A stretch of 64,000 nt of DNA from Lachnospiraceae bacterium. GTDB taxonomy: Bacteria; Bacillota; Clostridia; Lachnospirales; Lachnospiraceae. The translations under genes and the position numbers were made by a program. Positions 22,113 to 31,853 of this stretch are shown one piece after another. The notes under the pieces were generated by a model. That model saw only the letters and a list, made by a program, of their open reading frames with translations. It was not told the DNA's origin and searched no databases. Where the stretch lies: the NCBI GenBank assembly GCA_017463255.1, contig JAFTPP010000015.1:8803-72802 (forward strand), written 5' to 3'. Every line of letters begins with the position of its first letter. The stretch's first letter is position 1.

Positions 22113-23486
22113 TTAAACATCAAATTTTGGAATTGCATTAATTGCTTTTGCAAGTTCTTCGTCAGTAGGAATGTAATCTGACATCTTTCCATCATTGTAT
22201 GCCTGATAAGCGTACATATCAAAGTAACCTGTACCGGTAAGACCGAATACGATGTTTTTAGCTTCGCCTGTTTCTTTGCATTTTAATGCTTCATCGATTG
22301 CAACCTTGATAGCGTGGCTGCTTTCAGGAGCAGGAAGAATACCTTCAATTCTTGCAAAGGTTTCAGCAGCTTTGAATACTTCTGTCTGTTCAACGCTTCT
22401 GGCTTCCATTAATCCCTGGTGATATAACTCTGATACAACAGAACTCATTCCGTGATATCTTAATCCGCCTGAATGGCTGGCAGATGGCATGAATCCGCTT
22501 CCTAATGTGTACATTTTAGCAAGTGGGCATACCTTTCCGGTATCACAGTAGTCATATGTATATACGCCTCGTGTAAGGGTAGGACATGAAGCAGGTTCAA
22601 CCGCAATCAGTTTATAATCAGCTTCACCTCTTAACATTTCACCGGCAAATGGAGCAATCAAACCACCTAAATTAGAACCGCCACCGGCACAACCGATGAT
22701 AATATCAGCTTTTACGCCGTATTTATCAAGTGCAGCCTTGGTTTCAAGACCGATGATTGACTGATGTAACATTACCTGAGAAAGAACAGAACCTAATACA
22801 TAGCGGTAACCATCCTGTGAGGTAGCAGCTTCTACTGCTTCTGAAATAGCGCATCCGAGACTTCCGTTTGTACCCGGGAATTCTGCATTAATTTGTCTTC
22901 CTACATTTGTTAACATGGAAGGAGATGGTGTAACATTAGCACCAAAGGTTCTCATAACTTCACGACGGAAAGGCTTCATCTCATAAGAGCATTTTACCAT
23001 ATATACCTGGCAGTCTAAGTCAAGATAAGAGCATGCCATGGAAAGAGCTGTTCCCCATTGGCCGGCACCTGTTTCAGTGGTAACACCTTTTAACCCCTGT
23101 TTCTTGGCATAAAAAGCCTGAGCGATGGCAGAGTTTAATTTGTGGCTTCCTGAAGTGTTATTTCCTTCAAATTTGTAATAAATGTGAGCCGGAGTCTGAA
23201 GCTTTTCTTCAAGGCAATAAGCTCTGGTAAGAGGAGAAGGACGATACATCTTATAGAAATTTAAGATATCTTCGGGGATGTCAAAATATGGTGTTGTATC
23301 ATCAATTTCCTGAATTGCAAGCTCTCTACAGAAAACTTGTGATAATTCGTCAACAGTGCTTGGTTTTAATGTTTTCGGATTTAACAGAGGAGCAGGTTTC
23401 TGTTTCATATCTGCACGGACATTATACCACTGCTTTGGCATCTCGTTTTCTTCTAAATAAATTTTGTAAGGGATTTCTTTGTTCAT
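22113..23486 (-). CDS. trpB2: TrpB-like PLP-dependent enzyme (tryptophan synthase beta, TrpB2 type)
   Basis: Start taken at MNKEIPYKIYLEENEMPKQWYN. PLP-lysine motif SGSHKLNSA and GGGSN loop. The longer track ORF to 23657 runs into the T-box leader. Confidence 0.85.
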   Translation of the reverse strand: MNKEIPYKIYLEENEMPKQWYNVRADMKQKPAPLLNPKTLKPSTVDELSQVFCRELAIQEIDDTTPYFDIPEDILNFYKMYRPSPLTRAYCLEEKLQTPAHIYYKFEGNNTSGSHKLNSAIAQAFYAKKQGLKGVTTETGAGQWGTALSMACSYLDLDCQVYMVKCSYEMKPFRREVMRTFGANVTPSPSMLTNVGRQINAEFPGTNGSLGCAISEAVEAATSQDGYRYVLGSVLSQVMLHQSIIGLETKAALDKYGVKADIIIGCAGGGSNLGGLIAPFAGEMLRGEADYKLIAVEPASCPTLTRGVYTYDYCDTGKVCPLAKMYTLGSGFMPSASHSGGLRYHGMSSVVSELYHQGLMEARSVEQTEVFKAAETFARIEGILPAPESSHAIKVAIDEALKCKETGEAKNIVFGLTGTGYFDMYAYQAYNDGKMSDYIPTDEELAKAINAIPKFDV

Positions 23487-23568
23487 AATCATTTCCTTTC
23501 TGGCGGAAGGTAGTGTTGTATATGACAATTTTGCGAGAAGAGTATTCCGCCCGGTTAACTTCTTGCAC

Positions 23569-23887
23569 AAAAAACTCCTGCCATATCTTACGATAGGACA
23601 GGAGTAATAACTTCTGCGGTGCCACCTAACTTCATTCTTACGAATGCACTCATTCATGTACGAACATACATGTTCTGCTGTAACGTGCAGTCACGTCTTA
23701 CCTAATCTCATCTGAATGACGATTTCAGCTTGCCCTCACAGGTCCATTCGCCAATTGTTCCATTACCGCGTTTCCACCAGCAGCGGCTCTCTGAGAATGT
23801 TCGAAAAGGTTACTTCTCCTGATCAAAGGTTTTGTTAGTTTTGTTTTTAACTAGTGACAATATAACTCTTTATAAAGTAAAAGTCAA
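23569..23887 (-). promoter_or_regulatory. T-box leader (probable Trp specifier) with promoter and terminator, controlling trpB2
   Basis: Minus strand. Promoter: -35 TTGACT (23887-23882), 17-nt spacer, -10 TATATT (23864-23859). Stem I AGAGAGCCGCTGCTGGTGGAAA. GAA-UGG-A in a specifier-like context (UGG = 23746-23744). T-box motif AGGTGGCACCGC (23626-23616). Terminator ctcctgtcc...ggcaggag plus U6 (23604-23569). Confidence 0.8.
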
Positions 23888-23902
23888 GAAGTTTTATTTT
23901 CA

Positions 23903-25969
23903 TTAGTCTAATTTGAACTGTTTAATAATACCGCTCAATTCTTCGGAAGAACGATGAATTTCAACGCCACTGTCACGGATTGTACTTACGCTTGAAGCAA
24001 CAGTATCGGTTGTTGCAGCAAGTTCCTCGGAGGTAGCAGCATTTTCTTCGGCAGTTGCACTTAAGCCGGATACTAAGTCAGAAACAATAATACATTTTTC
24101 GCCTAATTCCTGATTTACCTGCTTCAAACTGATAATCTCGCTATCAACAGTCTGGATAGACTGAACAATGGCATCAAATTTATTCTGAGTTTCTAATACG
24201 CTTTCATTTTGTCTGTTTACACAATCCTGAACACGTTCACTCTGTTCTGTTGCCTTTGTTGTATTGATGTGTAATTCTTCCAACATCTTGTTAATTGTCT
24301 TAGCAGATTCAGCTGACTGTTCAGCCAATGCTCTGATTTCAGTAGCAACAACTGCGAATCCACGGCCTGCTTCCCCGGCTCTTGAAGCTTCAATACTTGC
24401 ATTCAAGGACAGAAGATTGGTCTGTGATGCAATGGAAGAAATTAAATTGCTGGCTTTGTTAATATGTTTTGCACTTGAAGTAATGTTTTCAATAACATCG
24501 AAAATCTTCTGGAATGCTTCCATACTCTCTGTAGTAATTTCAGTAAGCCGTTCAATGGTTTCCTTACCGTCCCGGGTAATGAGTGTAATCTCAGAACTTG
24601 TATGGGTAAGGGTTTCGGTGCTTGCAGTACTTGTATGCATTAATTCGGATAATTCTCCGATTTCGCCGGCAATCTTTTCAGTATCAGCTGCCTGGTGATA
24701 AGCAGTAGTAGCAAGTTCGGAGTTGGCTTCCTGAATGTTGGTCATATTATTGGAAGCGTCTTCTGTAATGTTACGCATGTTCTCGCTGGAAAGCGTAAGC
24801 TGCTCTGAAGAAGTATTTAATACACTGATAATCTCGCGGAACGAATCCTGTACGGTTTTTGCCGAATTAGACAAAATTGCAATTTCATCACCGGTATCAA
24901 GGGTTTTAATATCCATGGATAAATCCTTGGAGGCAAGCTGGTTCATAAGAGAAGTAGCCCGTTTAATATTTCTTGTGATATAAAATGCGTTTTTCAGTGC
25001 ATAGATTGTTAATGAAACTAATAATGCCAGTATTATAACAATTGTAATAATTAATGTTACAAGAGTAGAAGATTCCATGTCGGCACGTTCTTCTTCTGTG
25101 TACGTAGATACAATCTCTTTGATGGTATCTAAATTTGCAATTGTTTTTTCAAAGGTACCGGCTTTTTGTTCGAAATTACCCATTCCGGTTTCAGGGTTAT
25201 ATGTCTTTTGCCATCTGCTGAAAGAGAGCGTAAACTCTGAAAGAATACTATAGAATGTATCGGAGCTGCCTTCTAAGGTGTATTCTTCGTAAAGGTATTT
25301 ATCGCTTGATGCATAAGCTGTAATCTCATCAATAGAAGCAAGAATTGAATTCACTTTTTCTGTGTACTGGGTTACTAAAGCGGTCTTGTTGGAGCCATCA
25401 CCATAGTAAACCTGAGATTCCAAATAACTTGCCTGGCTAAAGTCGTTTTCAACAGAAGTAAGAGTTGAATTAATGCGATACAGCTTATCATAATATAACT
25501 CCTTGGCATCATTTTGAACGCCTATCTGCTTAACGGCAAAGAAGATTACGGTAATCAGTAAAATGGCCTGAACAGGAAGAATCATCAGAAGAATTTTAGT
25601 TTGAATACTGTGTTTTCTACCATCCACAGTTTTCACTTTTTCCTTCTTTTCCTTTACCGGTTTTTCTTTTTTCTCTTTCAACGGTTTTTCCTTTTTCTCT
25701 TTTACAGGCTTTTCTTTCTTTTCCTTTACCGGTTTCGCTTTTTTTTCTTTTTTTGCTTTCATCGGGGTATCGGAATCCTCATTGGAAGATTCGCCGGAGT
25801 CAGAAAGAGACTGTTCAAGTTCGGCGATAATTTCGTCAGAGGAAGAAATTGAATCCGCATTGAGTTCGGGATTCATTTCGTCAATCTCTGCAAGTCCGTC
25901 GATTAAAGTGTCACTGTCAGTCATAGTATCCATTACGTCATCGGGGGTTGTTATTTTTGTATCCTCCAT
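23903..25969 (-). CDS. methyl-accepting chemotaxis protein with long acidic/Lys-rich N-terminal extension
   Basis: [37 protein letters not shown] and a HAMP region. Start at MEDTKITT, with GAGGAGG 7 nt upstream. Confidence 0.88.
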   Translation of the reverse strand: MEDTKITTPDDVMDTMTDSDTLIDGLAEIDEMNPELNADSISSSDEIIAELEQSLSDSGESSNEDSDTPMKAKKEKKAKPVKEKKEKPVKEKKEKPLKEKKEKPVKEKKEKVKTVDGRKHSIQTKILLMILPVQAILLITVIFFAVKQIGVQNDAKELYYDKLYRINSTLTSVENDFSQASYLESQVYYGDGSNKTALVTQYTEKVNSILASIDEITAYASSDKYLYEEYTLEGSSDTFYSILSEFTLSFSRWQKTYNPETGMGNFEQKAGTFEKTIANLDTIKEIVSTYTEEERADMESSTLVTLIITIVIILALLVSLTIYALKNAFYITRNIKRATSLMNQLASKDLSMDIKTLDTGDEIAILSNSAKTVQDSFREIISVLNTSSEQLTLSSENMRNITEDASNNMTNIQEANSELATTAYHQAADTEKIAGEIGELSELMHTSTASTETLTHTSSEITLITRDGKETIERLTEITTESMEAFQKIFDVIENITSSAKHINKASNLISSIASQTNLLSLNASIEASRAGEAGRGFAVVATEIRALAEQSAESAKTINKMLEELHINTTKATEQSERVQDCVNRQNESVLETQNKFDAIVQSIQTVDSEIISLKQVNQELGEKCIIVSDLVSGLSATAEENAATSEELAATTDTVASSVSTIRDSGVEIHRSSEELSGIIKQFKLD
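25626..25758 (-). repeat. 24-nt in-frame tandem repeats encoding (KEKKEKPV)n
   Basis: The protein reads [43 protein letters not shown]. The nucleotide periodicity is visible on the plus strand as ttttcctttaccgg units. Confidence 0.8.
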
Positions 25970-26077
25970 AGAGAGTACCTCCTCATATTTTTCCCTTTTT
26001 ACAAGCACAATACGCTTATTCTATAATTCTACAATAAGTGACAAAAGAAAAATACGATAATAATTATTGATGTTTTA

Positions 26078-27484
26078 CTACTCTTTTCCATCCCAACAGT
26101 AAGTACAGAGCTTGCACTTGTCTATTCCTACAGAATCTAACATATCATCAAGGCGGTTGAAACGAAGAGAAGTGAAGTTTAATTCCTTACGGATCTCTTC
26201 TACCATGATCTCGTATTTTTCTGATTCAGGGTTAGCATATTCTGATAATATTTCATCGGTTACGTTGCCATTTTCGAGTCTTGCAATGACACGTCTTGTA
26301 ATCAAATCCATTTCTGAGGATGAGCGTGAAAAATTCAAGTATTTACATCCGTACAAAAGAGGAGGGCAGGCAGGTCTGATATGAACCTCGCGTGCGCCGC
26401 TTTGATATAGAAATTCTGTGGTTTCCCTTAACTGTGTTCCACGTACTATGGAATCATCAATTAAAAGAAGACTTTTATCTTTGATCAAGTCGTCTACGGC
26501 CAACATTTTCATCTTCGCAATAAGATTTCTCTGGCTTTGAATGGTGGGCATAAAGGAACGCGCCCAAGTTGGTGTGTATTTAATAAACGGTCTGCTAAAC
26601 GGGATACCGGATTCGTTGGAATACCCGATTGCGTGAGCAAGTCCTGAATCGGGAACACCTGCAACGATATCCGGTTGAACGTTATCGCGGCGAGCCATTT
26701 TTTGACCACAGATATTACGCATTTTTTCTACGCTGATACCTTCGTAAGAACTTGCGGGATATCCATAGTAAACCCATAGGAAAGTACAGATTTTCATATC
26801 TGTTCCCGGCTGAACCAAAGTCACACAGTTTTTTGGGGTGATGACAACAACTTCTCCGGGACCCAGTTCTTTATAATCTGAGTAGCCAAGATTTTTGTAG
26901 GCATAATTTTCGAAAGAAGCACAGAAAGCATCATTTTTACGTCCGATGACAACAGGGGTTCTTCCTTTAAGGTCTCTTGCAACATAGATACCGTTTTGGT
27001 TCATTAATAAAAGAGACAGGGAACCATCAATTTGCTCCAATGCATAACGGATTCCGTCAATGAGGTTTTCTTTTTGGTTAATTAAGGATGCTACAAGTTC
27101 TGTTGCATTAATGTCGCCACCGCTCATTTCCAAAAAGTGAGAATGTCCATTCTCAAAAAGCAAGTCCACAAGCTTGTTTGTATTATTTATTTTACTTACG
27201 GTTGTGATTGCGTAAGTGCCATGGTGAGAACGTACAATTAACGGTTGTGGTTCATAATCGGAAATACATCCGATACCGTAATATCCCTTCATGTTTTGCA
27301 TGTCTTTATCAAATTTTGTTCTGAATGCAGCATTTTCTATGTTATGGATTGCACGGTCGAAACCTTTTTCACCATATACAGCCATACCGCCACGTCTTGT
27401 TCCCAGATGTGAATGATAATCAATTCCAAAAAATAAATCAAATACGCAATCCTGCTGCGCAGCTACGCCAAAAAAGCCACCCAT
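26078..27484 (-). CDS. amidophosphoribosyltransferase-like (PurF family) protein lacking the N-terminal Cys nucleophile
   Basis: Ntn-amidotransferase-like N-domain. PRTase motif LLLIDDSIVRGTQLRE. C-terminal Cys cluster CKLCTYC. The N-terminus is MGGFFGV rather than MCG. Confidence 0.75.
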   Translation of the reverse strand: MGGFFGVAAQQDCVFDLFFGIDYHSHLGTRRGGMAVYGEKGFDRAIHNIENAAFRTKFDKDMQNMKGYYGIGCISDYEPQPLIVRSHHGTYAITTVSKINNTNKLVDLLFENGHSHFLEMSGGDINATELVASLINQKENLIDGIRYALEQIDGSLSLLLMNQNGIYVARDLKGRTPVVIGRKNDAFCASFENYAYKNLGYSDYKELGPGEVVVITPKNCVTLVQPGTDMKICTFLWVYYGYPASSYEGISVEKMRNICGQKMARRDNVQPDIVAGVPDSGLAHAIGYSNESGIPFSRPFIKYTPTWARSFMPTIQSQRNLIAKMKMLAVDDLIKDKSLLLIDDSIVRGTQLRETTEFLYQSGAREVHIRPACPPLLYGCKYLNFSRSSSEMDLITRRVIARLENGNVTDEILSEYANPESEKYEIMVEEIRKELNFTSLRFNRLDDMLDSVGIDKCKLCTYCWDGKE

Positions 27485-27682
27485 TTTAGTAATCCTCGCT
27501 TTATGTTAGTAATAAATCTGTCCGAAATGGCTTCGGATATTATGATTTTAGCAAAACATAAATAATTAAGCAATTATCTTGCTAAAAAAAGATAGAAGAA
27601 AAAGTAATTATGGTATATAATAGTGTTAAACATAAAAAATGGGTTAATAGAAACCGATGGACTTATGAAATGGGGTGTCATT

Positions 27683-29995
27683 ATGAGTGACAGAATTAAT
27701 ATTGCTTTATTTATAGCAAATGTGGAAGACCAGTTTAGTAATGATATTTTAAGGGGAGCTTATTTGGCGGCAGATGAAGTGGAAGCCAATATCATTGTAA
27801 TTCCCGGTAAGTATTTTGAATTAGATAGAAGTGCGGACCCAAGGCAGCGTTATGAGTATCAGTACAATGCCCTTTTTTCTTATGCAAAGGGGAATGATAT
27901 TGATATTATCGTGGCGGGTATCGGAACCATTGGATATATGGTGGACTCTAAGAGAAAACGTGAGTTTTTGAATGAGTTTGAAGGGATTCCTATCATTACC
28001 ATAGCATCTAAGGAGGGAGATTTCCCATCCATTATGTATGATAATTATTCCGGACTGCATGCGGCAATGGAATATTTGATCCAGCATAAAAAATGTAAAA
28101 AGTTCGGCATTTTAAGCGGATACAAGACCAATGATGATGCAGTGGAACGGTGTAAAATCGTAATGGATGCAATCAAAGAACATGGTCTTACATTTGAGGA
28201 CGATGCCGTAATATATACAGAACCTACAGAGTATTGCGAGGGAGAGGCAAAGGAACTTATTGAACGTTATTCTGATTTGGATGCCATTATTTGTACCAAT
28301 GATTCTATGGCAATAGGCTTATATAGGGCATTAAAGAAAAAGGGTATCGTTCCGGGACAGGATATCATGGTCTTGGGATTTGATGATATCCCGGTTGCAA
28401 AGGAAATGGATCCTCCTCTTGCTACAGTGCGTGCAGATGCGGTAATGCTTGGGTATCAGGCAATTGTGGATGCTTATCATAAAGTAAAAGATAATATTCC
28501 ACACCATGAATTGATTCCTTCAGAATTTGTGCCAAGAGAATCTGTAGGATTCTTTAATACGGATGCTCAGGCAGAGGTTGATTTCTTTGTACGGCAGCTT
28601 GCAGTATTAGATGATCCGATTATGATTGGTAATAAAATTGCGGATTATCTGTTCAGTGATTTGAATATCGATGTAAAAAAACAGATGAACAGAAATCTTT
28701 ATATTGAATTTTTAAGCAATTTCTTTGAAATTACCTTCGGCAATTCGGTGGATGAAGAAACAGTAATCTTTTTATACAGTTCATTTAAAAAGGTGGTTAA
28801 TAAAGGTAATTTTGAACTTATTAACGTAAGCAGATTAAAACTTATTATTGAAACGGCTTATAGTCGTTTCTGTGAGCATTGCCCGAATTTGAAGGAACAA
28901 ATGCTTTTGTTCAGATTGATTTCTCAAATGAACCAAAAGTTTTTGGATTACAAGGCAACCCAAATTACTGAAATCAAGAACAAACATTTTTATGCTAACC
29001 ACATTACTAACATTTTGGCACGTGATTTATTGATTTTTGATAATGATACGGAGCAAAGTTATGCTGAGTTAGTAAGAAACCTCATTATGTTGGAAGTGAC
29101 GGACAGTTACCTATATATTTTTGAGGAACCCATTAAGCATAGAAAAGAGGATAAATGGGAACTTCCGGAGAATATTCTTTTAAAGGCGTATTCGTGGAAT
29201 GATGAGATACATGCAGTATCAAGAACGCAGCAAAGAATTAAAACAGCTGATATGTTTAAAATTCCGCAGCTATGTGAGAGATATCAGAGATTATATATTG
29301 TGATAGATTTATACTGTGGTGAGATGCAGTATGGTATTTTGGTTTGCAATATTCCGTATAAGTTCTATACTTCGGTAGAACTTCTTACCTATCAGGTTAG
29401 TGCGGCAGTAAGAACCATTCAATTGTTCCAGCAGCAGAAGTTGACCCAGAAGATGTTAGAAGAGAGTATGGAGCAGTTAAAGCTGAATAATGTGGAGCTT
29501 GAAACGGCGGCTAAGTTAGATGAATTAACAGGCGTATTGAACCGTAGAGGCTTCTACAGACAGGTTGAACACCGTATGAGGGATTCTGTAGGGCAGGATA
29601 AGTATTACATAGCAGTTTATGCGGATATGGATAACTTAAAGCAGATTAACGACCAATTCGGACATGAAGAAGGTGATTATGCCATTGAATCCAGTGCAAA
29701 AATCCTTGGAAAAGCTATGAAGGATATTGGTGTTTATGGTCGTATCGGCGGCGATGAGTTTGCTGCTTTTGCTATTGTGGATGATGCAGGTATCAGAGAA
29801 GTTATTCTTGACAGAATCAAACAATATACGGACGAGTTAAATGATGAGTCAGGAAAGCCGTATTATGTGAATCTATCTGTGGGAATTTGTGAGTTCCCTA
29901 ATAATAGCGATTTATTGCTTAAGGATATGCTTGACCAGGCCGATGACTTGTTATATGAGGCAAAGAAGAAAAAACGTAAGAAAGTAAGCCGATAG
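27683..29995 (+). CDS. diguanylate cyclase with N-terminal LacI/PBP1-type sugar-binding-like domain
   Basis: Periplasmic-binding-fold motifs (DAIICTNDSMAIGLYRAL, GFDDIP) with no HTH. C-terminal GGDEF domain (RIGGDEFA). The start is uncertain: 27623, 27665 or 27683. Confidence 0.75.
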   Translation: MSDRINIALFIANVEDQFSNDILRGAYLAADEVEANIIVIPGKYFELDRSADPRQRYEYQYNALFSYAKGNDIDIIVAGIGTIGYMVDSKRKREFLNEFEGIPIITIASKEGDFPSIMYDNYSGLHAAMEYLIQHKKCKKFGILSGYKTNDDAVERCKIVMDAIKEHGLTFEDDAVIYTEPTEYCEGEAKELIERYSDLDAIICTNDSMAIGLYRALKKKGIVPGQDIMVLGFDDIPVAKEMDPPLATVRADAVMLGYQAIVDAYHKVKDNIPHHELIPSEFVPRESVGFFNTDAQAEVDFFVRQLAVLDDPIMIGNKIADYLFSDLNIDVKKQMNRNLYIEFLSNFFEITFGNSVDEETVIFLYSSFKKVVNKGNFELINVSRLKLIIETAYSRFCEHCPNLKEQMLLFRLISQMNQKFLDYKATQITEIKNKHFYANHITNILARDLLIFDNDTEQSYAELVRNLIMLEVTDSYLYIFEEPIKHRKEDKWELPENILLKAYSWNDEIHAVSRTQQRIKTADMFKIPQLCERYQRLYIVIDLYCGEMQYGILVCNIPYKFYTSVELLTYQVSAAVRTIQLFQQQKLTQKMLEESMEQLKLNNVELETAAKLDELTGVLNRRGFYRQVEHRMRDSVGQDKYYIAVYADMDNLKQINDQFGHEEGDYAIESSAKILGKAMKDIGVYGRIGGDEFAAFAIVDDAGIREVILDRIKQYTDELNDESGKPYYVNLSVGICEFPNNSDLLLKDMLDQADDLLYEAKKKKRKKVSR

Positions 29996-30003
29996 GATAA
30001 AAA

Positions 30004-30879
30004 ATGGAACAGAGTAAAGGAATACATCAAATTTTTAATGAAAAAAGACCGGTATTATCTTTTGAAATTTTTCCACCAAAGCGGGATACTACTTTGGAGA
30101 GCATTGATGATACTTTAAAAGTGCTTGCGGAACTAAAACCGGACTTTATCAGCATCACCTTTGGTGCCGGCGGCAGTGCAACCAATAATCTGACGGTGGC
30201 CCTTGCCAAGAAGATGAAACAGGAATACGGAATTGAGCCTGTAGTGCATCTTACCTGTTTGAATTATGCTAAAAGTGAAATCGATATTCTACTCGACGAA
30301 TTGGAAAAAAACGATATTCACAATATTCTTGCATTACGTGGCGACAGGAATCCGGATATTGAACCTAAGAAAGAGTTTTTATATGCTACAGATTTGGTGA
30401 AATATATTAGTGCCAGAGGCGGATTTGACGTAAGCGGTGCATGTTATCCGGAAGGTCATTTGGAAAGTGCGAACCGTATTGAAGACATCAGACACTTAAA
30501 GGAAAAAGTGGATGCAGGAGCAGGGCATTTAATCTCGCAATTGTTTTTTGACAATGAATATTTCTATTCTTTTGTGGAAATGGCAAGAGTTGCAGGAATT
30601 GATGTTCCTATTGAAGCAGGGATTATGCCTGTGATTAATGCAGCGCAGATAGAAAGAATGGTTAGTTTGTGCGGAGCATCTTTACCGCCCAAGTTTAAAA
30701 AAATAATGGATAAGTATGCGGAGAATAAGGAAGCGTTATTTGATGCAGGAATGGCTTATGCCATTAATCAGATTGTGGATTTGCTTGCAAATGGTGTAGA
30801 TGGTATTCACATATATACTATGAATAATGCAACGGTAGCAAAAAGAATTTGTGACGGAATACGTAATTTGATTCCGTAA
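30004..30879 (+). CDS. metF: methylenetetrahydrofolate reductase
   Basis: FEIFPPK, ISITFGAGGS, HLTC, ALRGD and YPEGH motifs. Confidence 0.88.
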   Translation: MEQSKGIHQIFNEKRPVLSFEIFPPKRDTTLESIDDTLKVLAELKPDFISITFGAGGSATNNLTVALAKKMKQEYGIEPVVHLTCLNYAKSEIDILLDELEKNDIHNILALRGDRNPDIEPKKEFLYATDLVKYISARGGFDVSGACYPEGHLESANRIEDIRHLKEKVDAGAGHLISQLFFDNEYFYSFVEMARVAGIDVPIEAGIMPVINAAQIERMVSLCGASLPPKFKKIMDKYAENKEALFDAGMAYAINQIVDLLANGVDGIHIYTMNNATVAKRICDGIRNLIP

Positions 30880-31005
30880 GCAGGTGAGAAAGTGAATAAA
30901 GTAGCATGTTTGGTCCCTTTTCGTTAATTGACAGTAAATGTGATGGTTTTTTATAATAATGTAATATGTAATAAAAGACTAAAAACATATGACACGGAGG
31001 AACGT

Positions 31006-31797
31006 ATGACAGAGTTAGAGATTAAACAACAGATATGCGAGATTGGCAAGAGAATTTATAATAGAAATATGGTTGCTGCCAATGATGGAAATATTTCAGT
31101 GAAGTTAAATGAACATGAATTTTTGTGTACACCTACAGGAGTTTCCAAAGGATTTATGACTCCGGAATATATTTGTAAGGTGGATGAAAAAGGAAATGTG
31201 ATTGAAGCAAACGGTAATTTCAGACCATCTTCAGAGATTAAGATGCATATGCGTGTGTATGAAAAACGTCCGGATGTAAACAGCGTGGTTCACGCACATC
31301 CAAGCTACGCAACAGCATTTGCCATTGCAGGAATTCCATTGACCCAGCAGATTATGCCAGAGGCAACAATTTCACTGGGAAGTGTTCCCATTGCAGAATA
31401 CGGAACTCCGTCTACTATGGAAATTCCGGATAACATTGAAAAGTATCTTCCATATTATGATGCGTTGTTATTGGAAAGTCATGGGGCACTTACTTATGGA
31501 CAGGATTTGTTAACTGCTTATCATAAGATGGAATCAGTGGAGTTTTATGCAGAATTATTGTACAAAGCCAGAGCACTTGGCGGACCAAAAGAGTTTGACA
31601 AGGCTACTGTAGAAAAATTATATGAAGTAAGAAGAAAAATGGGAATTCCGGGAAGACATCCGGCAGACATGGAAATGCCTAAGGATAATTATGGTAACGG
31701 AACCGGAACTATTAAGGCAGGAACTGGAATGGAGGTGTCGCCGGAGTTAGTGGAAGAGATAACGAGAAGAGTTCTCGCGCAGTTATCAGGAAAATAA
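31006..31797 (+). CDS. class II aldolase/adducin family protein (fuculose/rhamnulose-phosphate aldolase-like) with ~45-aa C-terminal extension
   Basis: GNISV, SSEIKMH and VVHAHP motifs. GGAGG at 30996-31000 precedes the ATG at 31006. The C-terminal tail ends PELVEEITRRVLAQLSGK. Confidence 0.85.
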   Translation: MTELEIKQQICEIGKRIYNRNMVAANDGNISVKLNEHEFLCTPTGVSKGFMTPEYICKVDEKGNVIEANGNFRPSSEIKMHMRVYEKRPDVNSVVHAHPSYATAFAIAGIPLTQQIMPEATISLGSVPIAEYGTPSTMEIPDNIEKYLPYYDALLLESHGALTYGQDLLTAYHKMESVEFYAELLYKARALGGPKEFDKATVEKLYEVRRKMGIPGRHPADMEMPKDNYGNGTGTIKAGTGMEVSPELVEEITRRVLAQLSGK

Positions 31798-31853
31798 AAT
31801 AGAATACAGATAATTAATTTGGTACTAAGGAAAATTATTGGAGGGACAAATGT

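Noticed and set aside
23487-23657. Upstream part of the 514-aa trpB ORF, plus the 67-aa ORF at 23422-23625
   Set aside because: This region folds as the T-box leader (T-box motif and terminator). The TrpB2 homology starts at MNKEIPYK.
25601-26060. Phe/Leu-rich 83-aa and Ser-rich 92-aa plus-strand ORFs
   Set aside because: They are the complement of the Lys/Glu repeat and acidic N-terminus of the MCP gene.
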